A stretch of DNA of 64,000 bases, taken from positions 26,908,001 to 26,972,000 of the forward strand of contig NC_043007.1 in the NCBI RefSeq assembly GCF_006345805.1. Direction: 5' to 3'. The notes under the pieces were generated by a model. The model was not told where the DNA came from. It searched no databases and saw only the letters and a program-made list of their open reading frames with translations. Both the position numbers and the translations under genes were made by a program. The DNA comes from Octopus sinensis. Lineage: Eukaryota. Positions within the stretch are counted from its first letter, which is position 1. Each line of letters starts with the position of its first letter. Shown here piece after piece: positions 11,239-23,929 of this stretch.

Positions 11239-14200
11239 TCAAGATTGGTTGTGTAAATGCGCGTGGCTTGGGGTCCCCTTGGAAACAAGGGTACCTCTTA
11301 AATGACATAAAGTCACATAAGTTAGAAATCATAGCCATAAGCGAGACCAGACTCCACAATCCGCGGGCCCTAAAGACCATGTTTGGCGGACAGTTCAACA
11401 TTTATTTTTCCCCCTGTCTGCCGAGAATGGGCGGTAGTGGCACCGCGGTACTTTTTCACAAGAGTCTGGATCTCAATGTAAGGACAATATTCGTAGACCC
11501 GGAGGGTAGACTGGTCGTCCTGGATGTCGACGGCAGCAATGGGTGCGCTTTTCGGCTCGTATCAGTTTACGCACCGCCCTTAACAGGTCGGGCGGATTTC
11601 TTTCAACGTCTAGAAGTTTTCTTGGGAACGTCTCGTCCTTTACTCTTAGTGGGGGATTGGAATGCTACCTTGGACACGCATGTAGACTACGTGGGTAGAG
11701 ATAGGAATAGACGGGGATGCAAATGCCTCAGAGACCTGCTCAGACGCTTTCAACTGTCTGACAGGTTCCGACTAGACCACCCGAATGCGCCAACGTGGAC
11801 ATGGAGCAACCGCATCGGGTCGTCGAGATCGTATCTAGATAGGATACTGTGTAGGACAGTAGATAGAGATAGCATAGGATGTCCACAATTCCACATAGTC
11901 AGCTACACGGATCACAAACTTGTGACATGTACGCTAGACTTAGGTAAGACACTTAGGCAGGGTCCCGGATACTGGAAACTAAACGCGTCTTTCCCATCGA
12001 GACAAGTTTTCAGAGACCGGATTAGCACACTAGTAAAGAGGGCTTTGACGGGAGCCATCATCAACAACAAATGGTGGTTTGCCCTCAAGAGAGCAGTAAA
12101 AGCAGAAGCGATTAGGTACAGCAAAGCACTAGCCATAGATAGAAATAGAGTAGAGGGTGAGCTAGTTAAGAAGCTAGAAGAGGCAATTAGAAGCGGCATC
12201 GCATCCGACGTTTTGGCGGCGAGGTTGGCCCTCGACCAACACTTCAACGCCAAACACGAAGGATGTGCTGTCAGAGCTAGGATGCGTGCTCTAAGGAACG
12301 AAGGTGTTGGAGCCGCGAGAGAGGCCCGGGTGGCAGAGGCGCAACAGGGCAACAAAGCCACCATTCGGTCACTGGTAGATGAACAGGGGCGCGAATTGCT
12401 CGAGCCAAGTAAAATGTGTGAGGCCTTTCAGCAGCATTTTGCCCGACTGTTCGGAACGAGTGGAGGGCAAGAACGTAGGGTGGACTTCAGTGCCTACCTA
12501 CATAGCCTACCACGACTCTCGACAAGAAAGGCAGGGTGCTGCGAAGGTGCCATCACGGCGGCGGAAGTGCGGGAAGCGATGGCAGAATGCTCGAGGGACA
12601 AATCACCGGGTTTGGATGGTCTACCCTACGAGCTTTACAATTGTATGCCAGACTTGTTTGGAGATCTCTTGGCGGCGGTGTACTGCAACTGGCAGCAAAA
12701 CGGGAGCATTCCTGGTTTTGTGAGCCGAGGAGCCGTAACACTGCTGAAGAAAGATCTAAACAAGGGAAATGTAATAGATAACTTTAGGCCCATCACTCTG
12801 CTTAATGCAGACTTGAAAATTTTGGCCAAGGTGCTAGCCAAGAGGTTGGCGCTTGTCATCGAGAAACTGGTCGACAAGGCGCAAACATGCGCCGTGCCAG
12901 GCCGGACCATCCATGACAACCTCCATCTGATGCGCTACATCATAGACAGGGTAGTTAACGAACCTGGCATGGGTGGGGCCCTGATCAACTTGGATCAATC
13001 GAAAGCCTTTGATAGGGTAGACCATCGATACTTGGAGGCAGTCCTGAGAGCGGCTGGTTTCGGTCCCGTCTTCCGCGGCTGGATAGCTGCCTTGTACAGA
13101 GGCATCCGTTCGGTAATTCGCGTAAATGGACATCTATCGAGACCTTTCGACATTGCACGTTCGGTCCGTCAGGGATGCCCCCTCTCGGCGCTTCTATACG
13201 TATTGACTCTTGAGCCACTACTGCGGAAGCTGGCGACTCTAAGGGGCATCCCGCGAGAATTGGGATGCGGGACGAGCGTGTCTGCATACGCGGACGACGT
13301 CACCGTCATAGTGTCTAGCCACGAGCACATCGAGCTGGTCGGCGGCGAGACACTGAAAAACTACGAAGCGGTGACAGGAGCGAAAATCAACCGGGAAAAG
13401 TCAGTGGGCTTGCGACTAGGCACCTGGAGAAGCAAGCCCATGCCGTCCACCAGCGCCTCCGTCGTGGGACGCTGGACCGACGGCCCGGTTGAGTTGCTCG
13501 GGGTCTGGTTTGGTCCGGACCTCCAAGTGGAGAAGAACTGGAACGAGATAACGAGTAGGGTGGTCACTCTCGCCCGGCAATGGGCCGAGAGGAAACTGTC
13601 CCTAAAAGGTCGAGCGGAGGTGGCGAACACGTACATCGCGTCCGTCATCTACTACCGCCTGACCGTCGTACCTTGTCCCGACCCTACCATCACCAAACTA
13701 CAACGCATCCTCTTTCGCTTCTTGTGGAAAGGATGCGTCCCGATGGTCAGGCGATCCATTTGCTGTCAACACCCGTTAAAAGGAGGGCTGGGCATGCCGT
13801 GGTTGATGATGCGCAGACACGCGCTGAGACTGCGACATCTCTGGCTCTATGTAGACGACGGTGAACAGGTGTGGTCGCCGTTTGTGAGGCACGCTTTCCC
13901 GCAGCTCGTCTCCATGACCGAACTGCAGTCGTGGATCAAAAAGAGGCCGAGGAAGGGCGAATGGCACCGCGAGTGTCGCGTTGCTCTCAAGCAACTCTGC
14001 CGTCCTGGGTCGACCTTAAGTGACTTCAACACAACCAAAGCATTCTATAGGGGTTTAGTGGAGGGGAGGTACGACGACGAGCTCGGGGCGAACCTGGACG
14101 TCGACGAGGAGTACCTGACCCGCCTGTTCGGGACGACTTTCGGGCCAGGGCCCATGGACAACTTCCAGAGATCCCTGGCCTGGCAGTGCTACCGAGAAGC

Positions 14201-14675
14201 GCTACCCGTTCGGGATAAGCTCTACAGACACGGCTCGAGAAACACGGGGCCGACCTGCCCGAGATGCGGTCAGAGCGACGAAACCGTTCTGCACGCACTC
14301 GTTCAGTGTCCAACAATTTCCGACCTGTGGGCTTATGTCGAACAACTGCTGTCACGTGTGGGACGAGTCGGTTTATCAGCTGAGTCTATCGTCAATATTG
14401 TCACGCCTCCTTCCTTCAAACGGGAAGGAAGAGCTATTTTCATCATCCTTGTGGCTATGGCGAAAGAATGTATCTGGTGGACGCGTCTGAAAGGATTGGA
14501 GACAAACACTTTCCTCTCTGGTCAATCTCTCATCAACTTCTTCAAGTACCACTTGAAAAGGAAAGTGAGAGTAGAGAGGCAAGTTTTGTCTAGCGAATGT
14601 TTTAAAAAAAGATGGGTGAATGTAGCAAGAATGGCACGTATGAATGACGAAGCCACCTTGAGCATAGTCCTATGA
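11235..14675 (+). CDS. Tx1 copy B ORF2: AP endonuclease + reverse transcriptase + C-terminal Zn motif, intact 1146 aa
   Basis: GCVNARGL, ISETR, SVYAP, GDWN, SYLDR, TDHK; KSPGLDGL, FRPITLLN, LDQSKAFDRV, RQGCPLS, YADD, LGVWF; CPRC-x8-H-x4-C near the C-terminus; no stops. Confidence 0.97.
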   Translation: MIKIGCVNARGLGSPWKQGYLLNDIKSHKLEIIAISETRLHNPRALKTMFGGQFNIYFSPCLPRMGGSGTAVLFHKSLDLNVRTIFVDPEGRLVVLDVDGSNGCAFRLVSVYAPPLTGRADFFQRLEVFLGTSRPLLLVGDWNATLDTHVDYVGRDRNRRGCKCLRDLLRRFQLSDRFRLDHPNAPTWTWSNRIGSSRSYLDRILCRTVDRDSIGCPQFHIVSYTDHKLVTCTLDLGKTLRQGPGYWKLNASFPSRQVFRDRISTLVKRALTGAIINNKWWFALKRAVKAEAIRYSKALAIDRNRVEGELVKKLEEAIRSGIASDVLAARLALDQHFNAKHEGCAVRARMRALRNEGVGAAREARVAEAQQGNKATIRSLVDEQGRELLEPSKMCEAFQQHFARLFGTSGGQERRVDFSAYLHSLPRLSTRKAGCCEGAITAAEVREAMAECSRDKSPGLDGLPYELYNCMPDLFGDLLAAVYCNWQQNGSIPGFVSRGAVTLLKKDLNKGNVIDNFRPITLLNADLKILAKVLAKRLALVIEKLVDKAQTCAVPGRTIHDNLHLMRYIIDRVVNEPGMGGALINLDQSKAFDRVDHRYLEAVLRAAGFGPVFRGWIAALYRGIRSVIRVNGHLSRPFDIARSVRQGCPLSALLYVLTLEPLLRKLATLRGIPRELGCGTSVSAYADDVTVIVSSHEHIELVGGETLKNYEAVTGAKINREKSVGLRLGTWRSKPMPSTSASVVGRWTDGPVELLGVWFGPDLQVEKNWNEITSRVVTLARQWAERKLSLKGRAEVANTYIASVIYYRLTVVPCPDPTITKLQRILFRFLWKGCVPMVRRSICCQHPLKGGLGMPWLMMRRHALRLRHLWLYVDDGEQVWSPFVRHAFPQLVSMTELQSWIKKRPRKGEWHRECRVALKQLCRPGSTLSDFNTTKAFYRGLVEGRYDDELGANLDVDEEYLTRLFGTTFGPGPMDNFQRSLAWQCYREALPVRDKLYRHGSRNTGPTCPRCGQSDETVLHALVQCPTISDLWAYVEQLLSRVGRVGLSAESIVNIVTPPSFKREGRAIFIILVAMAKECIWWTRLKGLETNTFLSGQSLINFFKYHLKRKVRVERQVLSSECFKKRWVNVARMARMNDEATLSIVL

Positions 14676-15071
14676 ACCAGAAATCGAAAACAGAGAGTTG
14701 CTTATTTGCAAAAAAAAAAAAAAAAAAAAGAAATATAAAATGTGACTTCATTGACCGAGGTTACCGTGGTCTTTTCCGCAGGCTTTTCTTTCCACGGGTA
14801 AACCTCACCTGTCCTCCCCTTTACACTTCATATTGACATTTCTGTGATAACGATCCCTATTGATCAATTTTTTTTCCTCTCCCCCCCCTTTTTTTTTTTT
14901 TTTTAACCCCCCTTATTTTTGTCCTCTTTCTCTCCTTTTACGATCCCTTTTGATCGAACCTCCCCCTTCCTTCCTTTTTTTTTTTTTTTTTTTTTAATAC
15001 CTTCAAAAGAAAAGCTCTACCTTGTAATTTGTTCTATCTGTGTGCAGCCCTGTGTGGCTAATAAAGAAACA

Positions 15072-15130
15072 TATCTATCTATCTATCTATCTATCTACCT
15101 ATCTTTCTATCTGTTTGTCTGTCTGTCTAA
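15072..15130. repeat. (TATC)n/(TGTC)n microsatellite, 3' flank of Tx1 copy B
   Basis: Direct reading. Confidence 0.95.
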
Positions 15131-15619
15131 CAATTTATATATATGTATATGAATACAATTATAAAAGCAGCTGTATATCACATGTTTAGAATGGGCTACA
15201 ATTGTCTGCATCGCATTGTATTCTGTTTCACAATACATTATACATAAATGAATGTGTGTATTACATTAAGCAAAGTACAAAAGAATTTTATAAATTATAG
15301 GTGAAAACTCGATGACATTTGTATTGGCCTCTTGAATAAATACTTCAAAGCTTTACCAATGCATAAGTACATACATGCATACACACACACACACAAACAC
15401 ACACATACTCACACACCTACAAACGCAAACAACCACACCCATATATACGTATATATACATATATGTATATGTCTATATAAATATGCATTTGTTCGCTTTA
15501 TTTTCTTACGCCTTTCAGCCCAAAGGTTGCGGTCATCCTGGGGTCATCCTGCGGTCATCCTATTTGTCTAGCGAATTCTCCTACAACGCATTGATCGACC
15601 TACGTCTATAACCGAAGAC

Positions 15620-16005
15620 GTGGAGGCGCAATGGCCCAGTGGTTAGGGCAGCGGACTCGCGGTCATAGGATCGCGGTTTCGATTCCCAGACCGGGCGTTG
15701 TGAGTGTTTATTGAGCGAAAACACCTAAAGCTCCACGAGGCTCCGGCAGGGGATGGTGGTGATCCCTGCTGTACTCTTTCACCACAACTTTCTCTCACTC
15801 TTACTTCTTGTTTCTGTTGTACCTGTATTTTAAAGGGCCGGCCTTGTCACTCTCTGTGTCACGCTGAATATCCCCGTGAACTATGTTAAGGGTACTCGTG
15901 TCTGTGGAGTGCTCAGTCACTTACACGTTAATTTCACGAGCAGGCTGTTCCCTTGATTCGGATCAACCGGAACCCTCATCGTCGTAACCGACGGAGTGCT
16001 TCCAC
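15620..16005 (+). mobile_element. Full-length tRNA-headed SINE (head/body B, tail Y) with 12-bp TSD
   Basis: A box TGGCCCAGTGG, B box GGTTTCGATTCC; TSD ATAACCGAAGAC at 15608-15619 and 16006-16017. Confidence 0.92.
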
Positions 16006-16242
16006 ATAACCGAAGACACCTGGCCAAGTTACTACGCACTGGGAATGCTGTTGTGAAAATACCGAACAGAGTTCCAGCAAATCTGGTAGTCTCTTTGAAT
16101 GTGATATATTTCCTGATTAAACCGTAAATTGCCATAGTTATCATTTGAAAATTCCATCAACAAAGATTCCCTTCCGCCTACACAAAACTCAGCACACGTA
16201 TGTAAAAAATAAATGCGCAAAAAAGATAAAGCAACATAATAG

Positions 16243-16375
16243 GCGCAGGAGTGGCTGTGTGGTAAGTAGCTTGCTAACCAACCACATGGTTCCGGGTTCA
16301 GTGCCACTGCGTGGCACCTTGGGTAAGTGTCTTCTACTATAGCCCCGGGCCGACGGAAACTGAAAGAAGCCTGTC

Positions 16376-16419
<44 letters not shown>

Positions 16420-16544
16420 GAGAAAGAAGCAACAAGAATGGATTAGTTTTTAGTACAATTGTTTCATACAAAGACAGGCTTTATTACAAGTTGCAAAAAC
16501 TTTATATATATATATATAAAGAATCTTGTCGTATGTATGTATAT

Positions 16545-16581
<37 letters not shown>

Positions 16582-16820
16582 GAAGAAGCCTGTCGTATAT
16601 ATGTATATATATATATATGTATGTGTGTGTATGTGTTTGTGTGTCTGTGTTTGTCTCCCTAGCATTGCTTGACAACCGATGCTGGTGTGTTTACGTCCCC
16701 GTAACTTAGCGGTTCGGCAAAGAGACCGATAGAATAAGTAGTGGGCTTACAAAGAATAAGTCCCGGGGTTGTTGATTTGCTCGATTAAAGGTGGTGCTCC
16801 AGCATGGCCGCAGTCAAATG
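16243..16820 (+). mobile_element. tRNA-headed SINE family A with internal (TA)/(TG) microsatellite, interrupted copy
   Basis: Head GGCGCAGGAGTGGCTGTGTGGTAAG...GGTTCAGT; CORE-like CCTTGGGTAAGTGTCTTCTAC; tail ...GCAGTCAAATGACTGAAACAAGTAAAAGAG; cleaner copy at 25901. Confidence 0.88.
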
Positions 16821-17524
16821 ACTGAAACAAGTAAAAGAGTATTTGAAATAATAGGAAAATTATTATTTCTAAATCTCTCAACGAGAGTCATACAGTAAGA
16901 GTGTTCTAGAGTAAAGATTATTTGCCAACATTATGTGGAGCTAAACTGCCTTGTTCGAAAGTATATTGACACAGATAGTGTGTCGTATAGCCAGCTGGTG
17001 TCGATGTTTCCTGGGGCTAAATAGCAGTAACATTCGTCCTAACCAGGACTGTAACATTATGTCGGGAAATAATAGTTTAAAAATAAATCAAAGAAATATA
17101 ATCTCCCTACCTACATCAATAAACACCTAAAACATTGCCATTAGACAGTTAACTTTAATTAGAGGGAAAGTATGTTGCAAGCACCTGCATAGAATCAGTA
17201 ATATGTCAGGGCAACATGGACGCACCGGAAGACAGATACACGCAAGAAGCCATATAAAAGGGTAATACATACTATTCAATACAAACGCTGTATCTTCAGA
17301 TAGGGACTGGGGCCAATCTCATGAATTCACCATTAACGTTATACATGAATGTAAACACATACACATAGAATCTTGCACACATATATGCAGTGACACAGAC
17401 ACACACACACACACATACATACATACATATATATATGTACGTACGTACAAATACATACACATATATTCATATGTATTTATATATGCATACATACACATAT
17501 AAACATAAACACGTACACACACAC

Positions 17525-17568
<44 letters not shown>

Positions 17569-17978
17569 ATTTCGTTATTGGCCACAGGAGGCTAAGAATA
17601 AAGGGGACAAACAAGGACAGACACAGTAAGACCCCGAAAGAATGAAAGGCAAAGTCGATCTCGGCGGAATTTGAACTCAGAACGTAACGGTGGAGAAAAT
17701 ACCACTAGGATACAAAATCGCCAGACATCCCTTAATTAGTTTCTCAACCTCTAACTCACACTTATATTTATATATATGTAGGCATGCATATGTGAATGTA
17801 TATATATACAGATATGTATATATATTCAGATATAAGTTTAAGCACACACTTTTTGAGACAGAATCACACGCTCTATCACACGCATTCTCTTTCACACACA
17901 TATATGTATCTATGTATATGCACATCTTACATCTACACAAACACGTATCTCTCTCTCATATATATATATATATTATAT

Positions 17979-18021
<43 letters not shown>

Positions 18022-18048
18022 TTATGTAATATGTAATATATATATATA

Positions 18049-18082
<34 letters not shown>

Positions 18083-18103
18083 AAGAAGCCTGTCGTATAT
18101 ATG

Positions 18104-18134
<31 letters not shown>

Positions 18135-19016
18135 ATGTGTTTGTGTGTCTGTGTTTGTCTCCCTAGCATTGCTTGACAACCGATGCTGGTGTGTTTACGT
18201 CCCCGTAACTTAGCGGTTCGGCAAAGAGACCGATAGAATAAGTAGTGGGCTTACAAAGAATAAGTCCCGGGGTTGTTGATTTGCTCGATTAAAGGTGGTG
18301 CTCCAGCATGGCCGCAGTCAAATGACTGAAACAAGTAAAAGAGTATTTGAAATAATAGGAAAATTATTATTTCTAAATCTCTCAACGAGAGTCATACAGT
18401 AAGAGTGTTCTAGAGTAAAGATTATTTGCCAACATTATGTGGAGCTAAACTGCCTTGTTCGAAAGTATATTGACACAGATAGTGTGTCGTATAGCCAGCT
18501 GGTGTCGATGTTTCCTGGGGCTAAATAGCAGTAACATTCGTCCTAACCAGGACTGTAACATTATGTCGGGAAATAATAGTTTTAAAATAAATCAAAGAAA
18601 TATAATCTCCCTACCTACATCAATAAACACCTAAAACATTGCCATTAGACAGTTAACTTTAATTAGAGGGAAAGTATGTTGCAAGCACCTGCATAGAATC
18701 AGTAATATGTCAGGGCAACATGGACGCACCGGAAGACAGATACACGCAAGAAGCCATATAAAAGGGTAATACATACTATTCAATACAAACGCTGTATCTT
18801 CAGATAGGGACTGGGGCCAATCTCATGAATTCACCATTAACGTTATACATGAATGTAAACACATACACATAGAATCTTGCACACATATATGCAGTGACAC
18901 AGACACACACACACACATACATACATACATATATATATGTACGTACGTACAAATACATACACATATATTCATATGTATTTATATATGCATACATACACAT
19001 ATAAACATAAACACGT

Positions 19017-19076
<60 letters not shown>

Positions 19077-19454
19077 ATTTCGTTATTGGCCACAGGAGGC
19101 TAAGAATAAAGGGGACAAACAAGGACAGACACAGTAAGACCCCGAAAGAATGAAAGGCAAAGTCGATCTCGGCGGAATTTGAACTCAGAACGTAACGGTG
19201 GAGAAAATACCACTAGGATACAAAATCGCCAGACATCCCTTAATTAGTTTCTCAACCTCTAACTCACACTTATATTTATATATATGTAGGCATGCATATG
19301 TGAATGTATATATATACAGATATGTATATATATTCAGATATAAGTTTAAGCACACACTTTTTGAGACAGAATCACACGCTCTATCACACGCATTCTCTTT
19401 CACACACATATATGTATCTATGTATATGCACATCTACATCTACACACACACGTA

Positions 19455-19513
<59 letters not shown>

Positions 19514-19580
19514 TTATGTAATTATGTATATATATATATATAATATATATATATATATTATATATATATATATATAATAT

Positions 19581-19615
<35 letters not shown>
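16581..19615 (+). repeat. Near-identical ~1.5-kb tandem duplication (units ~16581-18080 and ~18081-19615)
   Basis: GAAGAAGCCTGTCG recurs at a 1500-bp offset; unique middles match except for small indels; junctions lie in (TA)n. Confidence 0.93.
17568..17691 (-). mobile_element. Meta-core SINE 3' portion with Tx1-like tail (duplicate at ~19077-19200)
   Basis: Reverse complement reads GTTCTGAGTTCAAATTCCGCCGAGATCGACTTTGCCTTTCATTCTTTCGGGGTC...CTTAGCCTCCTGTGGCCAATAACGAAATA. Confidence 0.82.
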
Positions 19616-19624
<9 letters not shown>

Positions 19625-19869
19625 AGAAATAATTTATATGAATTTATACGAAGTCTATTCATATGTTTCTTTCTTTGTCACTTCCTCGCTTACTCCCTCT
19701 CTCTCTCTCTCGCTCTATTACCATTGCTTATATCTTATAAAGAGTGCAATCCTGTCTTTGACAGATAAATAATTTATTTTCACAACAGACACCTCTATTC
19801 AAGCCACACGGAGTATATTACAAAATTATTCATTGCATATTAATTTCTTGTATGTAGTGCAAAGGTTTC

Positions 19870-20230
19870 GCCAAAACGCTTTGGCGTCTTTGTTCCGACT
19901 TCACGTTCTGAGTTCAAATGGCAACGAAATCAAATTTACCTTTCAAACTTTCGTAATCGATAAAACAAAGTCCCCCAAAGTACCGTGATCGATGAAACCG
20001 ATGGCTCCAATCCCCAAATGTTGCTGGCCTTGTGTTAAAGCCGTGACCCGTCAGAAGTGTTAGCATACCGGACAAAAATGCTTAGCGACATTTCGTTCGT
20101 CTTTATGTTCTACCGAGTTCGACTTAGCCTGTCATCCTTTTGGGGTCGATAAATAAAGCACAAGTCGAATACTGCCGTTGGTATTGTCGAATTGTGCGCC
20201 CCTCCCGAAATCAGGCCGTGTTCAAATAGT
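19870..20230 (+). mobile_element. Two degenerate Meta-core SINE copies with a different tail (...GCTGGCCTTGTG / ...CAGGCCGTG) ending in (ATT)n
   Basis: Head/core similar to the 5963 copy; tail differs and matches 46025-46210 (-) and 49150-49250 (-). Confidence 0.6.
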
Positions 20231-20304
20231 AGAAATCATTATTATTATTATTATTATTATTGTTGTTGTTGTTGTTGTTGTTATTATTATTGTTGTTGTT
20301 GTTG

Positions 20305-20354
<50 letters not shown>

Positions 20355-21204
20355 TATTATTATTCCCACGCTTATAGCAGTACCTATCGGTGTAGATAAA
20401 ATAGATACCACTCAAGTATCGATGGCTTTGGTACTGACTATGCACCTCTCCACAAAATTGCTGTATCTTGGCCATTTACGTTGTAATGTATCAGACTTTG
20501 GACCTTTGCTACACGGGACCGCCTCAGACTGTTTTTAGAGACTAGTAGTTAAACACTCAGTTAGTTTTGCCGAGTTGCTATATGTGAGAATTGTAAACAA
20601 GCCACCCCGTTTGTCTAGCGGTGTCGACAGGACAAACATACACACACAGTTTCCATCTACCAAATTCACTAACAAGACACTGATTGGCATGGGGCTATAA
20701 AAGAAGAGATTTAATCGAAGTGCTGTAGGACCGAACCCGAAAACCGCACCGTTGCAAATCTGGCTTATTACTCACAGAACCGCACATTTATATTCATATG
20801 CTACAATATATATATATATAACATAATATCGTAAAAGATTGTGCTTACAAAATATAGATACGCAATGAATAATTCTGCAATATATTCGGCATTGCACCAA
20901 GAGAGCTGCCTTTTCTGCAAGTAAATTGTTATTTGGCTGTCAAAAGCAGATTTCCTCCAGTTCAGGCTTTGTGAAGTAAATCACGTCCGCCGTTACATCA
21001 CGGATCCACTTTATATTAAAGGAACAGAGTTTTCTTAGTTTTGCGTCGGTTGCTACTTTATTGTTCCGCATATCTGTTTTATCTAGATATGTGTGTGTGT
21101 GTATGTATGTATTCTATTTATGTATGTATGTATGTACGCGCATGCATACATACGTGCACACATATTTACTTATTCAAATGTTCAGGCATGTACACAGACC
21201 CATT

Positions 21205-21989
<785 letters not shown>

Positions 21990-22569
21990 TGTATGTATGT
22001 ATGTATGTATGTATGCAATATGTGCCTGCAATGTGTGTGTGTCTGTCTCTGGAAATCTATGTTGATCTTTTATTTGATATTTGCTGGGTTTTGCTGCAGA
22101 GAAACAGACCAATTAACGGCTCTATCTGCGGCCCCCTCCAGGAATTAAAGAACTAAAAACAAGAGTGCTTTTCTCTTGGGCATTCCAGTCAATTTACTTG
22201 AGTAGATCACGTGTAATTCAAAGACCAATGAAATACATCTCCCAAATTAGCCCTGGTCAAATGCGCTCTACACGTGTTGGTACTTTCAGCTTTATGTTTG
22301 CTAAGAGAAACATATCGAATTCCTTTCAGGAAAGAGACAGACACTCTGGAAAGTAGATAGATAGATAGAACGAGAGAGAGAGAGATAGGGGAAAAGAAAA
22401 AGAGAGAGAGAGATTATAGCTTCATTTGCGTAAACGAATACTCAAAATTATATATATATACATATATATATATACATATATATATATATACACACATATA
22501 TATATAAATATATAATATAAAAAAACCTATTTTGTAAAAGAATTCACAAAGGAATAGCTATATATATAT

Positions 22570-22760
22570 AATTGCCAATTAAATGCGGCGGTCCTATAGA
22601 GGACGATGCTACTGTTGTCTTTTAGCCCCCAGGAGGACATTAGTATTTGCGAGGGGAAATCATCATTCCCATCTCTAGCCTTACGTGTTTCAGACAGACT
22701 CGGGTTTCTGGCTAGTGACCCGTCATCAGTCAGTGGGTGATAATCATGAGCTCGTAATGA
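22570..22760. repeat. Unclassified dispersed repeat (relatives at ~49520-49680 +, ~16935-17035 -, 22891-22930), with an HHR relic on the - strand at 22691-22735
   Basis: Shared ATTGCCAA..GATGCTACTG..TAGCCCC motif; minus strand reads CTGATGA CGGGTCACTAGCCA GAAA CCCGAG TC. Confidence 0.5.
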
Positions 22761-23025
22761 AAACTCATTCCACACCTAAAATACTATATACTTTTTCCAC
22801 TGAGAAACTCTCACTGATCTCGAAAAAGATGAAAGAAGCAATAATAAATCTATGAGCGAGAAGTAAACAGTACGGAATCGTAAAAATATAATTGCCAACC
22901 AACTGGGGCGGTCCCAGAGAGGGCGATGTTTTTTATGGGATCGCCATATTCGTATTTTATATTACGCTTATATTTTAAGATTCCGTACTGCTACTGTTTA
23001 CTTCTCGCTCAGTGATTTAATATTG

Positions 23026-23084
<59 letters not shown>

Positions 23085-23090
23085 ATATAT

Positions 23091-23139
<49 letters not shown>

Positions 23140-23929
23140 GACGGGTTTCCTGCAGTTCCTATCTACCAAATCCACTCACAAGAACTTAGTGCCACGCTGT
23201 GTCACTGAATCCGGAACCATGTGGCTGGTAAACAAGCTTCTTACCTCACGGCTACTATTATATATATATATATGAGACAAGGTATAAATAAAAGTCATTA
23301 CATAGTTTTCTGTCATTGGCGTACATCTAGCTTACAGCTGTTTCTAGTAGTCATTATGTGTTTGTTACTAATAGTTTTCTTCGTTGGCCTATTGATCAGT
23401 TGAGAAAAACTGAACGACCTAAAATATTAATGTTCAGTTATATAGTAAATAAAAAAAAGGATAGCACAAAACATCACTGTACGCGTCACAGCATCGTTAC
23501 TCATTCCCAATGACTAGAGCATTACATAACATCACGTAATTGCGTATTATTACGTAACCTCTACATTTCGTCAGGTGATATTAGACCATCTTCTGTCGAA
23601 ATACCATCAGCATATAAATATATATATATATATATATTTTAACAAAATGTGGTTTTATTCTTTCCCTCCTTTCATTGCTGCCTTCCTTGCAGTTTTTTGT
23701 TTCGCTGCCATGCTGTATTCACAATTCCTAGATTAAGGCTAATGCATCTATTTCGGAGGCCGAACATCATTTCGATCGTTTTGATTTAACTCTCAGGTCG
23801 TCCTGTCTTTGGGAGGGGTTTTGGCCTTTATGTTATTGTCACACTAGGAAATACATAATGGTTGCAATTACGATGATCATCATTTGTAAAGGAAAATAAA
23901 ACAGGAGGTGTCAATGGCGATGGTGGTGG

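Larger units (their letters stand above)
9001..15071 (+). mobile_element. Near full-length Tx1/L1-clade non-LTR retrotransposon, copy B, inserted in (TATC)n
   Basis: 5' leader, ORF1, ORF2, and a 3' UTR with poly-pyrimidine tracts and AATAAA (15060-15065), followed immediately by (TATC)n; (TCTA)n on the 5' side. Confidence 0.96.

Noticed and set aside
7-14582. Short ORFs overlapping the LINE ORFs in other frames or antisense
   Set aside because: Shadow ORFs of GC-rich LINE coding sequence; no independent motifs.
15622-15700. tRNA-like sequences with A and B boxes (also 16243, 25901, 61987)
   Set aside because: These are SINE heads; no complete cloverleaf or acceptor stem, and they continue into SINE bodies.
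23470-23600. Possible further gene 1 exon (GL.NIT.DE-like, - strand)
   Set aside because: Needs several stops and frameshifts to match; indistinguishable from chance by eye.
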